From Eledone cirrhosa (Eukaryota): 64,000 nucleotides of DNA. The stretch covers positions 10,416,001 to 10,480,000 of the forward strand of contig OZ024747.1 in NCBI GenBank assembly GCA_964016885.1, written 5' to 3'. Made by a program: the position numbers and the translations under genes. Under the pieces are notes generated by a model. It was not told where the DNA came from and did no database searches. It was given only the letters and a program-made list of their open reading frames with translations. The first letter of the stretch is position 1. Each line of letters begins with the position of its first letter. Positions 38,865 through 50,344 of this stretch are shown here, one piece after another.

Positions 38865-39357
38865 CACATTGTAAACCATCTGCCCTTAACCCTTTCGTTA
38901 GGATATTTGGACATTGTAAACCATCTGCCCTTAACCCTTTCGTTAGGATATTTGGACATTGTAAACCATCTGCCCTTAACCCTTTAGTTAGGATATTTGG
39001 ACATTGTAAACCATCTGCCCTTAACCCTTTAGTTAGGATATTTGGACATTGTAAACCATCTGCCCTTAACCCTTTCGTTAGGTTATTTGGACATTGTAAA
39101 CCATCTGCCCTTAACCCTTTCGTTAGGATATTTGGACATTGTAAACCATCTGCCCTTAACCCTTTAGTTAGGATATTTGGACATTGTAAACCATCTGCCC
39201 TTAACCCTTTAGTTAGGATATTTGGACATTGTAAACCATCTGCCCTTAACCCTTTAGTTAGGATATTTGGACATTGTAAACCATCTGCCCTTAACCCTTT
39301 CGTTAGGTTATTTGGACATTGTAAACCATCTGCCCTTAACCCTTTCGTTAGGTTATT
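38865..39357. repeat. 45-bp minisatellite, about 11 copies, at a piggyBac-like MITE end
   Basis: Unit acattgtaaaccatctgcccttaaccctttcgttaggatatttgg; last unit runs into MITE body tatttctaatgaaa. Confidence 0.95.
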
Positions 39358-39679
39358 TCTAATGAAAAACATTGCTTAGCATGTCCAAATAATTTTGAAA
39401 AATAATTAAGAATTAGGAGGGATTTTATAATATTATTAGGCTGGTGTTTGGAACATAACTTAACAAAGGTGCTTATATGAAATTATGATAAATACAAATA
39501 CTTTTACCTTCTCCTTACCATGCTTTTAGTGAAAAACATGGTTTTCAAAAAATTTTGATAATGAAGAATTTTGAGAGATTTAGTAACATAAACTTTTTCC
39601 AGTATTAAACCGGAGTTTGGAACATAACTTAAAGGTTCTAATATAAAATTATGATATAGAATATTGTTAAATAAATATA

Positions 39680-39855
39680 CCATATATACTCAAATATAAT
39701 CCCCCACCCCTGAGAAATGGACAAAATCCAAACCCCATTTATAAGCCGAGGTTGTTAATCAACACATTGTTTAGCTGGCATATATGACCCCACAACAACC
39801 TTTACCATCAATGTTTTGGTAACATATTCCTTGGCTTATATTCAGATATATACGG
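39680..39855. mobile_element. Tc2/pogo-like MITE
   Basis: TA|CCATATATACTCAAATATAA ... TTATATTCAGATATATACGG|TA imperfect TIRs. Confidence 0.6.
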
Positions 39856-40500
39856 TAAATACTTTAACCCTTTAGCATTTACATTACTCTATATATACTA
39901 TTGTATTTTCACAGTAAACACTTTATCTCACATAATATCGAATCTATGAGATTTTGATGTTATTCATTTTGAGAACAATACCCTAGCATCAGTATGAGCA
40001 GCCGATCAAGGCCAGTTTGAACAGAAAGAGATGTGAGAATTCTGGCTGGATATAGCCAGTTTAAATGCTAGTGTTAAAATAAACAACTCTGTTGCAGAAC
40101 GAGAGGTAACATGAAGGAATTGCGTTTGAAAAGGGTTAAACATTTCCTACCATTTCCCCCTCTCTCTAATAAAATATATTTTCATCTTGTGTAGAAACCA
40201 TTAAAATGTGGGATGGATTCTCCAAATGCTGGAATATATCATCATCTTCAACGTTTAATGTCCATTTTTCAATGCTAGCAGGGGTTAGACAAGTTGTCTT
40301 GCTCATGCAGAACTGTTTCTGACTTCGTTTCTACAGTGGGATGCCCTTCCTAATGCCAACTACATTTACAGTGTGGACTGTTTGGGAGATTAAAAATCTA
40401 GAAAATGTGAGTTATGGGTCCATAGACACTCCATGAGCAGCTTTGTGAGAGAGATATATATCAGAGGATAGAAAACTCCAATTCGTAACCCTCTATCTAA

Positions 40501-40707
40501 CCCTTTCTTTACCATATTTCATTATAAAAATTTGGGAGGGATTTAATAAAATTATTTATTTGTTTATTTCATTATTATGTCATATTTGTAACAAGATTTT
40601 TGAATAAATTATGTTGGAAGATTTTAATTTAAATAGGAACACTTTAAAATGTGTGGATTTATTTCATAGAACCAGGGGTGGTTTTAGCCAGGTTGATATG
40701 AAAAGGG
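40501..40707. mobile_element. piggyBac-like MITE
   Basis: CTAA|CCCTTTC ... GAAAAGGG|TTAA. Confidence 0.6.
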
Positions 40708-40849
40708 TTAAGAAAAATTCAAACACAGTCCTACAGTAGGTGCAGGATCAAGACTTTGGGGCAGTGGGTTAAAATAGGAAAGTTTACTACCTCACTGAGT
40801 ACTTCAGTGTTGATAGTGAGAAGTTGAGGGAGGGAGTGGGAGAGAAAGG

Positions 40850-41060
40850 AAGGGAAGGAGAGGGATGAGAGAAGGGAGAGAAGGAGAGGGATGAGAGAAG
40901 GGAGAGAAGGAGAGGGATGAGAGAAGGGAGAGAAGGAGAGGGATGAGAGAAGGGAGAGAAGGAGAGGGATGAGAGAAGGGAGGGAGAGGGATGAGAGAAG
41001 GGAGGGAGAGGGATGAGAGAAGGGAGGGAGAGGGATGAGAGAAGGGAGGGAGAGAGTGAG
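40850..41060. repeat. GA-rich 22-26-bp tandem repeat
   Basis: gagagggatgagagaagggaga units. Confidence 0.9.
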
Positions 41061-41112
41061 AGAGAGATGGTGGTGCAAAGCAGAGAGAAAGAGAGAGAGA
41101 AGGTTGTCTTAC

Positions 41113-41187
41113 TTCGAGAGTATGCTGAAATTCCTGCACTGTAACTATCATATCCTGTGCCCATAGATGCTCCCATTCCACTGGTCC
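41113..41187 (-). CDS. SMAD4: SMAD4 linker exon (75 nt, GTSGMGASMGTGYDSYSAGISAYSR)
   Basis: gtttctctcctag/GTAAGA, phase 1-1, open, non-repetitive island among repeats. Confidence 0.75.
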
Positions 41188-41254
41188 CTAGGAGAGAAAC
41201 AATGATAATAATAATATTAATTAAGATAATAATATTAATTATAATAATAATAAT

Positions 41255-41635
41255 GGTTTTTGATATAGGCACAAGGCCAGCAATTTTTTATTTTTATTTT
41301 TTTGAAGGGGAAGTCGATTAAATTGACCTCAGTGCATTACTGGTATTTCATTTTATCGACCCTGTAAGGATGAAAAGCAGAGTTAACCATGGCAGGACGT
41401 GAACTCAAAATGTAAAGGGCCATAACTCTATACCACGAAGCAGGGTGCCTGACACTCTACTGATTCTAATATTTACTGTAGGCACAATGCCGGCAATTTT
41501 GAGGGAGAGGAAAGTTGATTAAATCGACCCCATAAGGATGAAAGGTAAAGGTAAAGGATTTGAACTCAAACCGTAAAGGGCCGTAACTCCATGCCGCAAA
41601 ACATGGTGTCCGATGCTCTATTGATACTGCCAATA
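41255..41635 (-). mobile_element. Two tandem SINE A copies
   Basis: Family consensus twice. Confidence 0.75.
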
Positions 41636-42287
41636 ATGCTTAGATGAAAGTATATATATATATATGTGCGTGTAGTTGACGGCTGAGAGAAATGAGTACT
41701 CAATACTGAAGTAGAGTTTAAATATACATTTTGTTAAGGCTAAATAGTGAGACTTTTTACTGTGGAGTTTCACCTGTTTACCACAGGTACTCTAGAGAGG
41801 GTAACAAGACTCACTACTTAGCCGTAACAAAATGAATATATATAAATGTGGTTGGCGTTAGGAAGGGCATTGAGCTGTAGAAACCTAGCCAGAAACAGTT
41901 CTATATGAGTAAGGCATGATCACCTGACCCAACTTGCCTCAAATGGGATAACCCGTCTAACCCATGCTAGCGTGGAAAATGGACGTTAAACGATGATGAT
42001 GATATATATTACTGTGAAAGATTAAGAAAAAAAAAAGCCTGAATATTTTTCACTTCTATTTTACCAAAATTTCTTTTATATTGCACATATATATCCTCGA
42101 CACCCATTTTTCTTGTCAACACACCGAGAAAGAAATATTAAGTAATTTTTTTCCTCAAACTTAAGTGAACTGAATCAGAGTTATGTACCTTAGCCATAAA
42201 AAACAACAAACGAACTAACAAAACAAACAAAACTAAACACGATGATTGCGTTAATCTCAAGTTATAACTATAAAGTCGATAGTACAA

Positions 42288-42595
42288 CCCCGCCGAGGTT
42301 AACTTTGCCTTTCATCCTTACGGGGTCGATAAAATAAAGTACCAGTAATGCACTGGTGGTTTGCTGGCCTTGTGCCAAAAGTAGAAACAATTATATTATA
42401 CAATAACAGGGCGGTGGATTGGCAGTATCGGTAGAGGGTCGGACGCCATGCTTTCCAGCATAGTTACGTCCCTTTACGATCTGAGTTCAAATCCCGTCGA
42501 GGTTGACTTTGCTTTTCATCTTTACGAGGTCGATAAAATAAAGTACCAGTAATACACTGGTTATTTGCTGGCCTTGTGCCAAAAGTAGAAACAAT
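42288..42595 (+). mobile_element. Two tandem SINE A copies; the second is flanked by a duplicated attatattatacaataacag
   Basis: Family consensus plus direct repeat. Confidence 0.8.
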
Positions 42596-42852
42596 TATAT
42601 TATACAATAACAGATTTTAAGGTACTGAATTACTAATCATGTAGATAGTTGTCGGACAACTAAGTTTATAATTTACTAAGTTATCGTGTTTAGAGAATCT
42701 TTCATCTAAGCAAGGGATGTAACTCTGCTTCAAGTTTGCCTGCCCAGTAAAATACTCCTAGCTTTCCCCACTAATTGCTGAAGGGAATCCGGCCATAGAA
42801 AACCAAGCTCAATACGGAGTTTACGCACAAGACCGGATCAACTGAACTGTCT

Positions 42853-43150
42853 GGGGATGTGACCATAATGGAATGGCTTATGGTAGGAACAACTGTCCTT
42901 ATTGTGGTGGGGATGTGACCATAATGGAATGGCTTATGGTAGGAACAACTGTCCTTATTGTAGTGGGGATGTGACCATAATGGAATGGCTTATGGTAGGA
43001 ACAACTGTCCTTATTGTAGTGGGGATGTGACCATAATGGAATGGCTTATGGTAAGAACAACTGTCCTTATTGTGGTGGGGATGTGACCATAATGGAATGG
43101 CTTATGGTAGGAACAACTGACCTTATCGTGGTGGGGATGTGGTAAGAACA
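42853..43150. repeat. 56-bp minisatellite, about 5 copies
   Basis: Unit ggggatgtgaccataatggaatggcttatggtaggaacaactgtccttattgtggt. Confidence 0.92.
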
Positions 43151-43925
43151 ACTTCTATATCAGACAGACGAATCTCACAAATACTGAAGCTAAAGATCAG
43201 AATTAGTTCATCGTAGTGGTGAGGTGATGGAGGAAATCTTAACATTACAAAATTTAACTAAAAGTGAAAGTCAATAAAAACATAATCAATCTCTTCGGAG
43301 AAACACACACACACACATATATATACAGAATAAGATGTGCTCCCTCCTCTCATCTAGGTAAACACTGGCTCCAAGAAAGAACTCATTTGGTCAGTAATCC
43401 AACCCATACCAACATGAAAAAAGGGGATGTAAAATGTTAGTAATAATTATGATGATGATGATGATGATATGTGTGTGTGTGTGTGTGTGTGTGCCTGTGT
43501 GTAAAAATGAAAATACCAGCAGGTATATGAAAAAAATGTTCCAAAAAAACAAAATTGGACTATAGTTAAGTCATGAACACACATATGCACACACACACAC
43601 ACATGTATATACACATACATACATGTATATACACACACTTACATGTATATACACACACACACATACATGCGTACAACAATATTCCTCCTCTCATTTAGCA
43701 TGCACAAGTGATTTGGGATAAGTTTACATTGTTGGATAAACTGTACAAAACAAAACTAGAAGTCAAGCAAACCATGTATGTATATATATATATGTGTATG
43801 TATATACACATATATATATATATTTAGACACATACATATATATATATTGTCATATAACTCCAGCATATTGGACAGAGAGCGAAACTGAACAGACCACCAC
43901 AGACCACAAGTTACAGTTGACCATT

Positions 43926-43978
<53 letters not shown>

Positions 43979-44890
43979 CAGGTGCGATGCAGAAGCCAGG
44001 ATGAAGAAGAGGATGTGGTGGGGGAGGCAGTAAAGAGGTTATTACACTGCATCACAATACACACATATACAGAGAAGCATAGTATTACCATGCCACATAC
44101 ATTGATATTTGGCAGAGTTGTTGCTTCATTTCAAAGAGATACCAATTTTAATCCTTTCATGACCATATTTCTAATGAAATACACTCTATTTCAATTAATG
44201 AAGAATTTTTTGGGGTGGGATGGGGGTGGGGGGATTTACTAAAATTATCAATTATTTCATTACTAAGATAGTAACTTAATTTAAGGTTCTTATATGAAAT
44301 TATGTTGGAAGATTTTAATTTAAATTGGAAACCTTTAAAATTGGGTGGTTTTATTTCATAGAACCAGAGCCAGTTTTGGTAACTAAAGTGTTAATCTCCT
44401 GTACCACATGAAACCACAACAAGACATTCTTAAAAAATACCAAACAGTACTGAAACTGCATCACATTAACTGTTAACCTCCTGTACCACATGAAACGAAC
44501 ATTAGCAAGATATTGTGAAAAAATAACAAACAGCACTAAGTCTTTCTTTTAATTTACTGTAAATTTTCACAACTATCTGTCCATTTTAAATTAACAAGCC
44601 CTATCTTTTTATAGAAAGTTTCTGCTTAATCATTGTAGGATGTTAAGAGTTAAACACTAATTTATTCCACTGACACAAAGACATAGGTAGGGGTCAATTC
44701 TATTGATTATACCCTACCCTAACACTATAATACAAGGAATTCATTGCTGCTTCTTTAAAATCAAAAGTGGAGTTTTGGGCTTAGAGCAGAAGTATCTGGA
44801 ACTACATACTGTGAGGTATTTAGTCGTCAGTCTGTCAATTGTTCCGACACCTGTGTACACTTTTTACACCTTATTTATTGATATACTTAC

Positions 44891-44917
44891 CCACAACACC
44901 TGAAGTTATCATGTTAA
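44891..44917 (-). CDS. SMAD4: Candidate SMAD4 linker microexon (27 nt, VNMITSGVV; internal 9-nt alternative acceptor)
   Basis: gttgttttctcag/GTAAGT, phase 1-1, open. Confidence 0.6.
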
Positions 44918-45574
44918 CTGAGAAAACAACAGGTAACTACTAACATCAGTAAAAGATTTAGTTGTGTCTGGATAGAGTTGTTACTAGAATGGTGAATATC
45001 TATTAGAGAGTGTGTGAATGTGGATTAGTTATGTCTAACACTATTAGAGAGCATGTGAATATGCATTAGTTATGTCTGACACTACTAGAGAGCGTGGATA
45101 TGGATTAGATAAGTCTGGAACTGTTAGAGAGTGTGAATGTGGATTAGTTATGTCTGATACTATTAGAGAACATGTGAATATGGAGTCAAAGATCATAGTT
45201 GTCACCTTGTACAAAGATGGTTACACTGTTAATGACAGAAAGATCATGGCATAGCCACACCTCTCTCCATCACATGTAACTTTTGAAAATCATAAAACTG
45301 TGAAACTGGTAAGGATATTTTAAATAAATCTTAAAGACTCAAATTACATTTTCAACTTATATATATATGTGTGTGTGTGTGTGTGTTTGAGACCCGGGTT
45401 CAATTGAGGGTAACCACAGTAAGTAAGATACTCAATACATTAGTAGAGTGTAAACACCAAATTTAATATAGAAATGGCTTCTACAGGACTAGAACTGGTA
45501 TATATATATATATAAGAAAGTGAGGTTTTTTTTACAAAATGAAAAATAACCGAGGTGTCCTACACGAGTGAAAG

Positions 45575-46090
45575 TATAAAGAAAAAAAGATGAAATCAAA
45601 AATGCAACTGGAGTCTTATTTAAAAAAAAATATATATATTTATTTGGTTCCTTTACCGGTTTCGCAGTTCTTCTGCTTTTCAAAAGTAGAGTTGAGATGG
45701 AGGGTCTGTGGTTTTTCTCACATCTGGTTGGTCTTTGAATGTTAGTTGTTTTATATGGAAAAAAGTGGCTCGAAACGCCAGGTTTTTAGAGAAGTAATTT
45801 GATTGGTTGGTCAATAATTATAATAAATTTCGCAAAATTTATTATAATTATTGACCAACCAATCAAATTACTTCTCTAAAAACCTGGCGTTTCGAGCCAC
45901 TTTTTTCCATATAAAACAACTAACATTCAAAGACCAACCAGATGTGAGAAAAACCACAGACCCTCCATCTCAACTCTACTTTTGAAAAGCAGAAGAACTG
46001 CGAAACCGGTAAAGGAACCAAATAAATATATATATTTTAAAAAAAATAAGACTCCAGTTGCATTTTCGCTTTCATCTTTTTTTCTTTATA
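45575..46090. repeat. Near-perfect long inverted repeat (arms about 256 bp, 4-nt loop)
   Basis: Symmetry centre aaattt-cgca-aaattt at 45825-45840. Confidence 0.95.
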
Positions 46091-46854
46091 TATATATATA
46101 TATATATAATATTCTTAGAAGACGTAAGAATCCCAAATGCAGAAAATAGCTGTAGTCACAGTTGATTGTTATAAATAATAGCTTAGAAAATTGGGTAAAG
46201 TACCCCTAAAGACAGAAAAACATGGGGAGCAGCCACAATGAAGAATCAAACTTTAGAGGTACAGAGTTCAATTCTTCATAGTGGCTGCTAGCCACTTTTT
46301 TTTACATCTATAGGGGTACTTAACCTTATTTTCTAATGTATTGTCCATAGCAATCATCTGTGGCTACAGTTGTCCTCTGTGTTTGAGATTCTTACATCTT
46401 CTAAGGATTTTGAACTTAATGACACGCTGAACTAGTTCCTATTTACAATGTATTCGATCGTCAAGTATGAAATTTGTAGAAATTTGTTTGTTTTTTTCTA
46501 CAGATTTCTACAAATTTCATACTTGACGACTCAATATATATATATAAAGCATATGTATACATTACTGTAACTACCTTGGACTCTCACAAAGGGAAAAAAC
46601 ATCAAAATGAATGATAATGATTATAATAATAATAATAATAAGATTGATGATGATGATTATGATACATTGAAACAGATATCATCAGAAGACCTCAACAGAC
46701 TACAAAATACAGAGGAATAAAACCAAGATCAAAGTAGTAATAATAATAATAGTAATAATAATAATAATAATAATTAGTCTGTCCAAGGTCCTTGTTGAGA
46801 CCTGACAGAGAGTAGAAGATCCAGTAATGATCATAGTCACTGTGCAAACGGTAC

Positions 46855-46908
<54 letters not shown>

Positions 46909-47026
46909 GTGCAATAACGAGGGTTATAATGAGAATGATATTTACACAAGAAAACCAAATAGATGAAAACATCAACGACAACAGCGATGACGACAACAAC
47001 AACAACAACACTAAACAAAGACTTAC

Positions 47027-47044
47027 CGACAAGAACTGGAATCA
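47027..47044 (-). CDS. SMAD4: Candidate SMAD4 linker microexon (18 nt, MIPVLV)
   Basis: atttttctctcctcag/GTAAGT, phase 1-1, open. Confidence 0.68.
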
Positions 47045-47309
47045 CTGAGGAGAGAAAAATGTGAAAAAGAGAGAGAGAAGGTAGATTATCACTAGAGTGT
47101 TATATTTGGTGGTGTGGTTGGGTAAGTGGATTGATTTGAAACAAACTACAGTTTTGTCATGCACAAGTCAGTAAGGAGTGACCACTATTAGCAACTGCTG
47201 GACACAGAATCAGTGAGGTGGTTGACCACTTAGTTAGCAGGAAGGGTGGATGTCAGTATTTTACAAGATGCTAGAGAAAAAAAATGGTTATGTTGCTTCT
47301 TAGACCACA

Positions 47310-47340
<31 letters not shown>

Positions 47341-47476
47341 CATACATAAATGGGCATGTGTGTGTGTATAAATATACAAAGAGATGTGTGTGTGTATGTG
47401 TATATATATATATATACATACATACATAAATGGGCTTGTGTGTGTGTATAAATATACAAAGAGATGTGTGTGTGTG

Positions 47477-47514
<38 letters not shown>

Positions 47515-47564
47515 CATAAATGGGCATGTGTGCGTGTATAAATATACAAAGAGATGTGTGTGTG

Positions 47565-47602
<38 letters not shown>

Positions 47603-47724
47603 CATACATAAATGGGCATGTGTGTGTGTATGTGTATATATATATATATATATATACATACATAAATGGGCATGTGTGCGTGTATAAATATACAAAGAGA
47701 TGTGTGTGTGTGTGTGTGTGTGTG

Positions 47725-47782
<58 letters not shown>

Positions 47783-48175
47783 CACACACATAGATGGAGA
47801 CCAGAATAGACCTGTTTTTTTTCTCAAAGAAATATTTTTTTAGTTTCTGGCACTGCTCTCTCTCCTCTATCTTTCTATTTTTCTGATGAAGGACTAGCAT
47901 CTGAAACGTTGAGACTCTTTTCCTACTATAACAAGCGTAAAATTAATATATTTCTTCATTGTACTGTATTGTTTACTTCACTATTTCTTTATACATTTTG
48001 TTTACATGTTTGTATGTATATATCTATGTACATTTGTATGTATATATCTATGTACATATGTATGTATATATGTATGTATGTGTGTGTATATATATATACA
48101 CTAGTAGAGCTAATATATGATATAACATTATTGCAATAGAAGAAACCCAACCAATCAGAAACTCTGATTGAGTAG

Positions 48176-49500
48176 TGACCAGTGTGGGATAACATGTTCA
48201 CCACTGACCTGTGTGAGATGACATGTCCATCATTTAGTAGCAGTACTGACCAGTGTGAGATGATGTGTCAACTGACCAGTGTGTGATGAGATGTCCATCA
48301 GTAGCACTACTGACCAGTGTGTGATGACACGCCCATCACTGACCAGTGTGAGATAACACGTCCATCACTGACCAGTGTGAGATAACACGTCCATCACTGA
48401 CCAGTGTGAGATAACATGTCCCACACTGACCAGTGTGAGATAACATGTCCCACACTGATCAGTGTGAGATAACATGTCCCTCACTGACCAGTGTGAGATA
48501 ACACGTCCCACACTGACCAGTGTGAGATAACATGCCCCTCACTGACCAGTGTGAGATAACATGTCCCTCACTGACCAGTGTGAGATAACATGTCCCTCAC
48601 TGACCAGTGTGAGATAACATGTCCCACACTGACCAGTGTGAGATGACATGTCCCTCACTGACCAGTGTGAGATAACATGTCCCTCACTGACCAGTGTGAG
48701 ATAACATGTCCCTCACTGACCAGTGTGAGATACACTGATCAGTGAGGGGCATGTTGAGATAACATGCCCCTCACTGACCAGTGTGAGATAACATGTCCCT
48801 CACTGACCAGTGTGAGATAACATGTCCCTCACTGATCAGTGTGAGATAACATGTCCCTCACTGATCAGTGTAAGATAACATGTCCTTCACTGATCAGTGT
48901 GAGATAACACGTCCATCACTGACCAGTGTGAGATAACATGTCCCTCACTGATCAGTGTGAGATAACATGTCCTTCACTGACCAGTGTGAGATAACATGTC
49001 CCTCACTGATCAGTGTGAGATAACACGTCCATCACTGACCAGTGTGAGATAACATGTCCCTCACTGATCAGTGTGAGATAACACGTCCATCACTGACCAG
49101 TGTGAGATAACATGTCCCTCATTGATCAGTGTGAGATAACATGTCCCTCACTGACCAGTGTGAGATAACATGTCCCTCACTGACCAGTGTGAGATAACAT
49201 GTCCCTCACTGATCAGTGTGAGATAACACATCCATCACTGACCAGTGTGAGATAACATGTCCCTCACTGACCAGTGTGAGATAACATGTCCCTCACTGAC
49301 CAGTGTGAGATAACATGTCCCTCACTGATCAGTGTGAGATAACACATCCATCACTGACCAGTGTGAGATAACATGTCCCTCAATGATCAGTGTGAGATAA
49401 CATGTCCCTCACTGATCAGTGTGAGATAACATGTCCCTCATTGACCAGTGTGAGATAACATGCCCCTCACTGACCAGTGTGAGATAACACGTCCATCACT
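48176..49500. repeat. 29-bp minisatellite, about 45 copies
   Basis: Unit cactgaccagtgtgagataacatgtccct. Confidence 0.95.
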
Positions 49501-50344
49501 TGCTAGCAGGGAAACTGATATGAACACATACACCCCCCCCCCCCCTTCAAGTATCTCGGAGCTGGGTTCACGAGTGGTGAAAGGCAGGAGGCTGAATTAA
49601 GTGCAACAATTGCAGAAGCTGGTGCAGTGATGTACCAGCTTCAGTGTTCAGTAACCATACATACAACCACATACATATATATACTCACACACACAGTCAC
49701 ATACATACGCAAACACGTACATACATACATACACTCAATCACATACATATACACACACAACCACATACATACACAAACACGTACATATATATACATACTC
49801 ACACACACAGCCACATACATACATACTCACACATACACAGCCACATATATACATACTCACACACACACAGCCACACACATTACAAAGGAGATGGAATCAT
49901 GTCACGGTTTAATGATTGTCAACATTCCTATAAGTCTTTATTGATCCCTAGAAGTATGTATGATTCTTAGCTGTCTGTATTGATTCCTAGATGCCTGTAG
50001 ATGGAATTCCATATTTAAATATTGATTGATTGGACAGATGAATGGAAATAGGTCATGGTTTAGTAATGTTTAAATAGGTCATGGCACAATAAAGACTAAT
50101 AGGTAACTGGGTCATGTTTACAACTAGAGGGGGGGGGGGGCAACTACATCAATTAATGAGTCTAGCAAAAGTAGATGTAAAAAAATATTCTTGTTTAACT
50201 CTTATATATTGTTGATATAGAAGTGACCAGGATGTAACTCCTTTATGAAGACACCAATGTATTACTGGTAAGTAATTTATTGCTTACTAACCTCACCTAT
50301 CAAGAGTGGATGGCTGTAGTAAAAACAGATCAAAAAATATGCAA

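Noticed and set aside
38491-39379. 15-aa repeat ORFs on both strands
   Set aside because: Nearly identical 45-bp units at a MITE end; no coding-type divergence.
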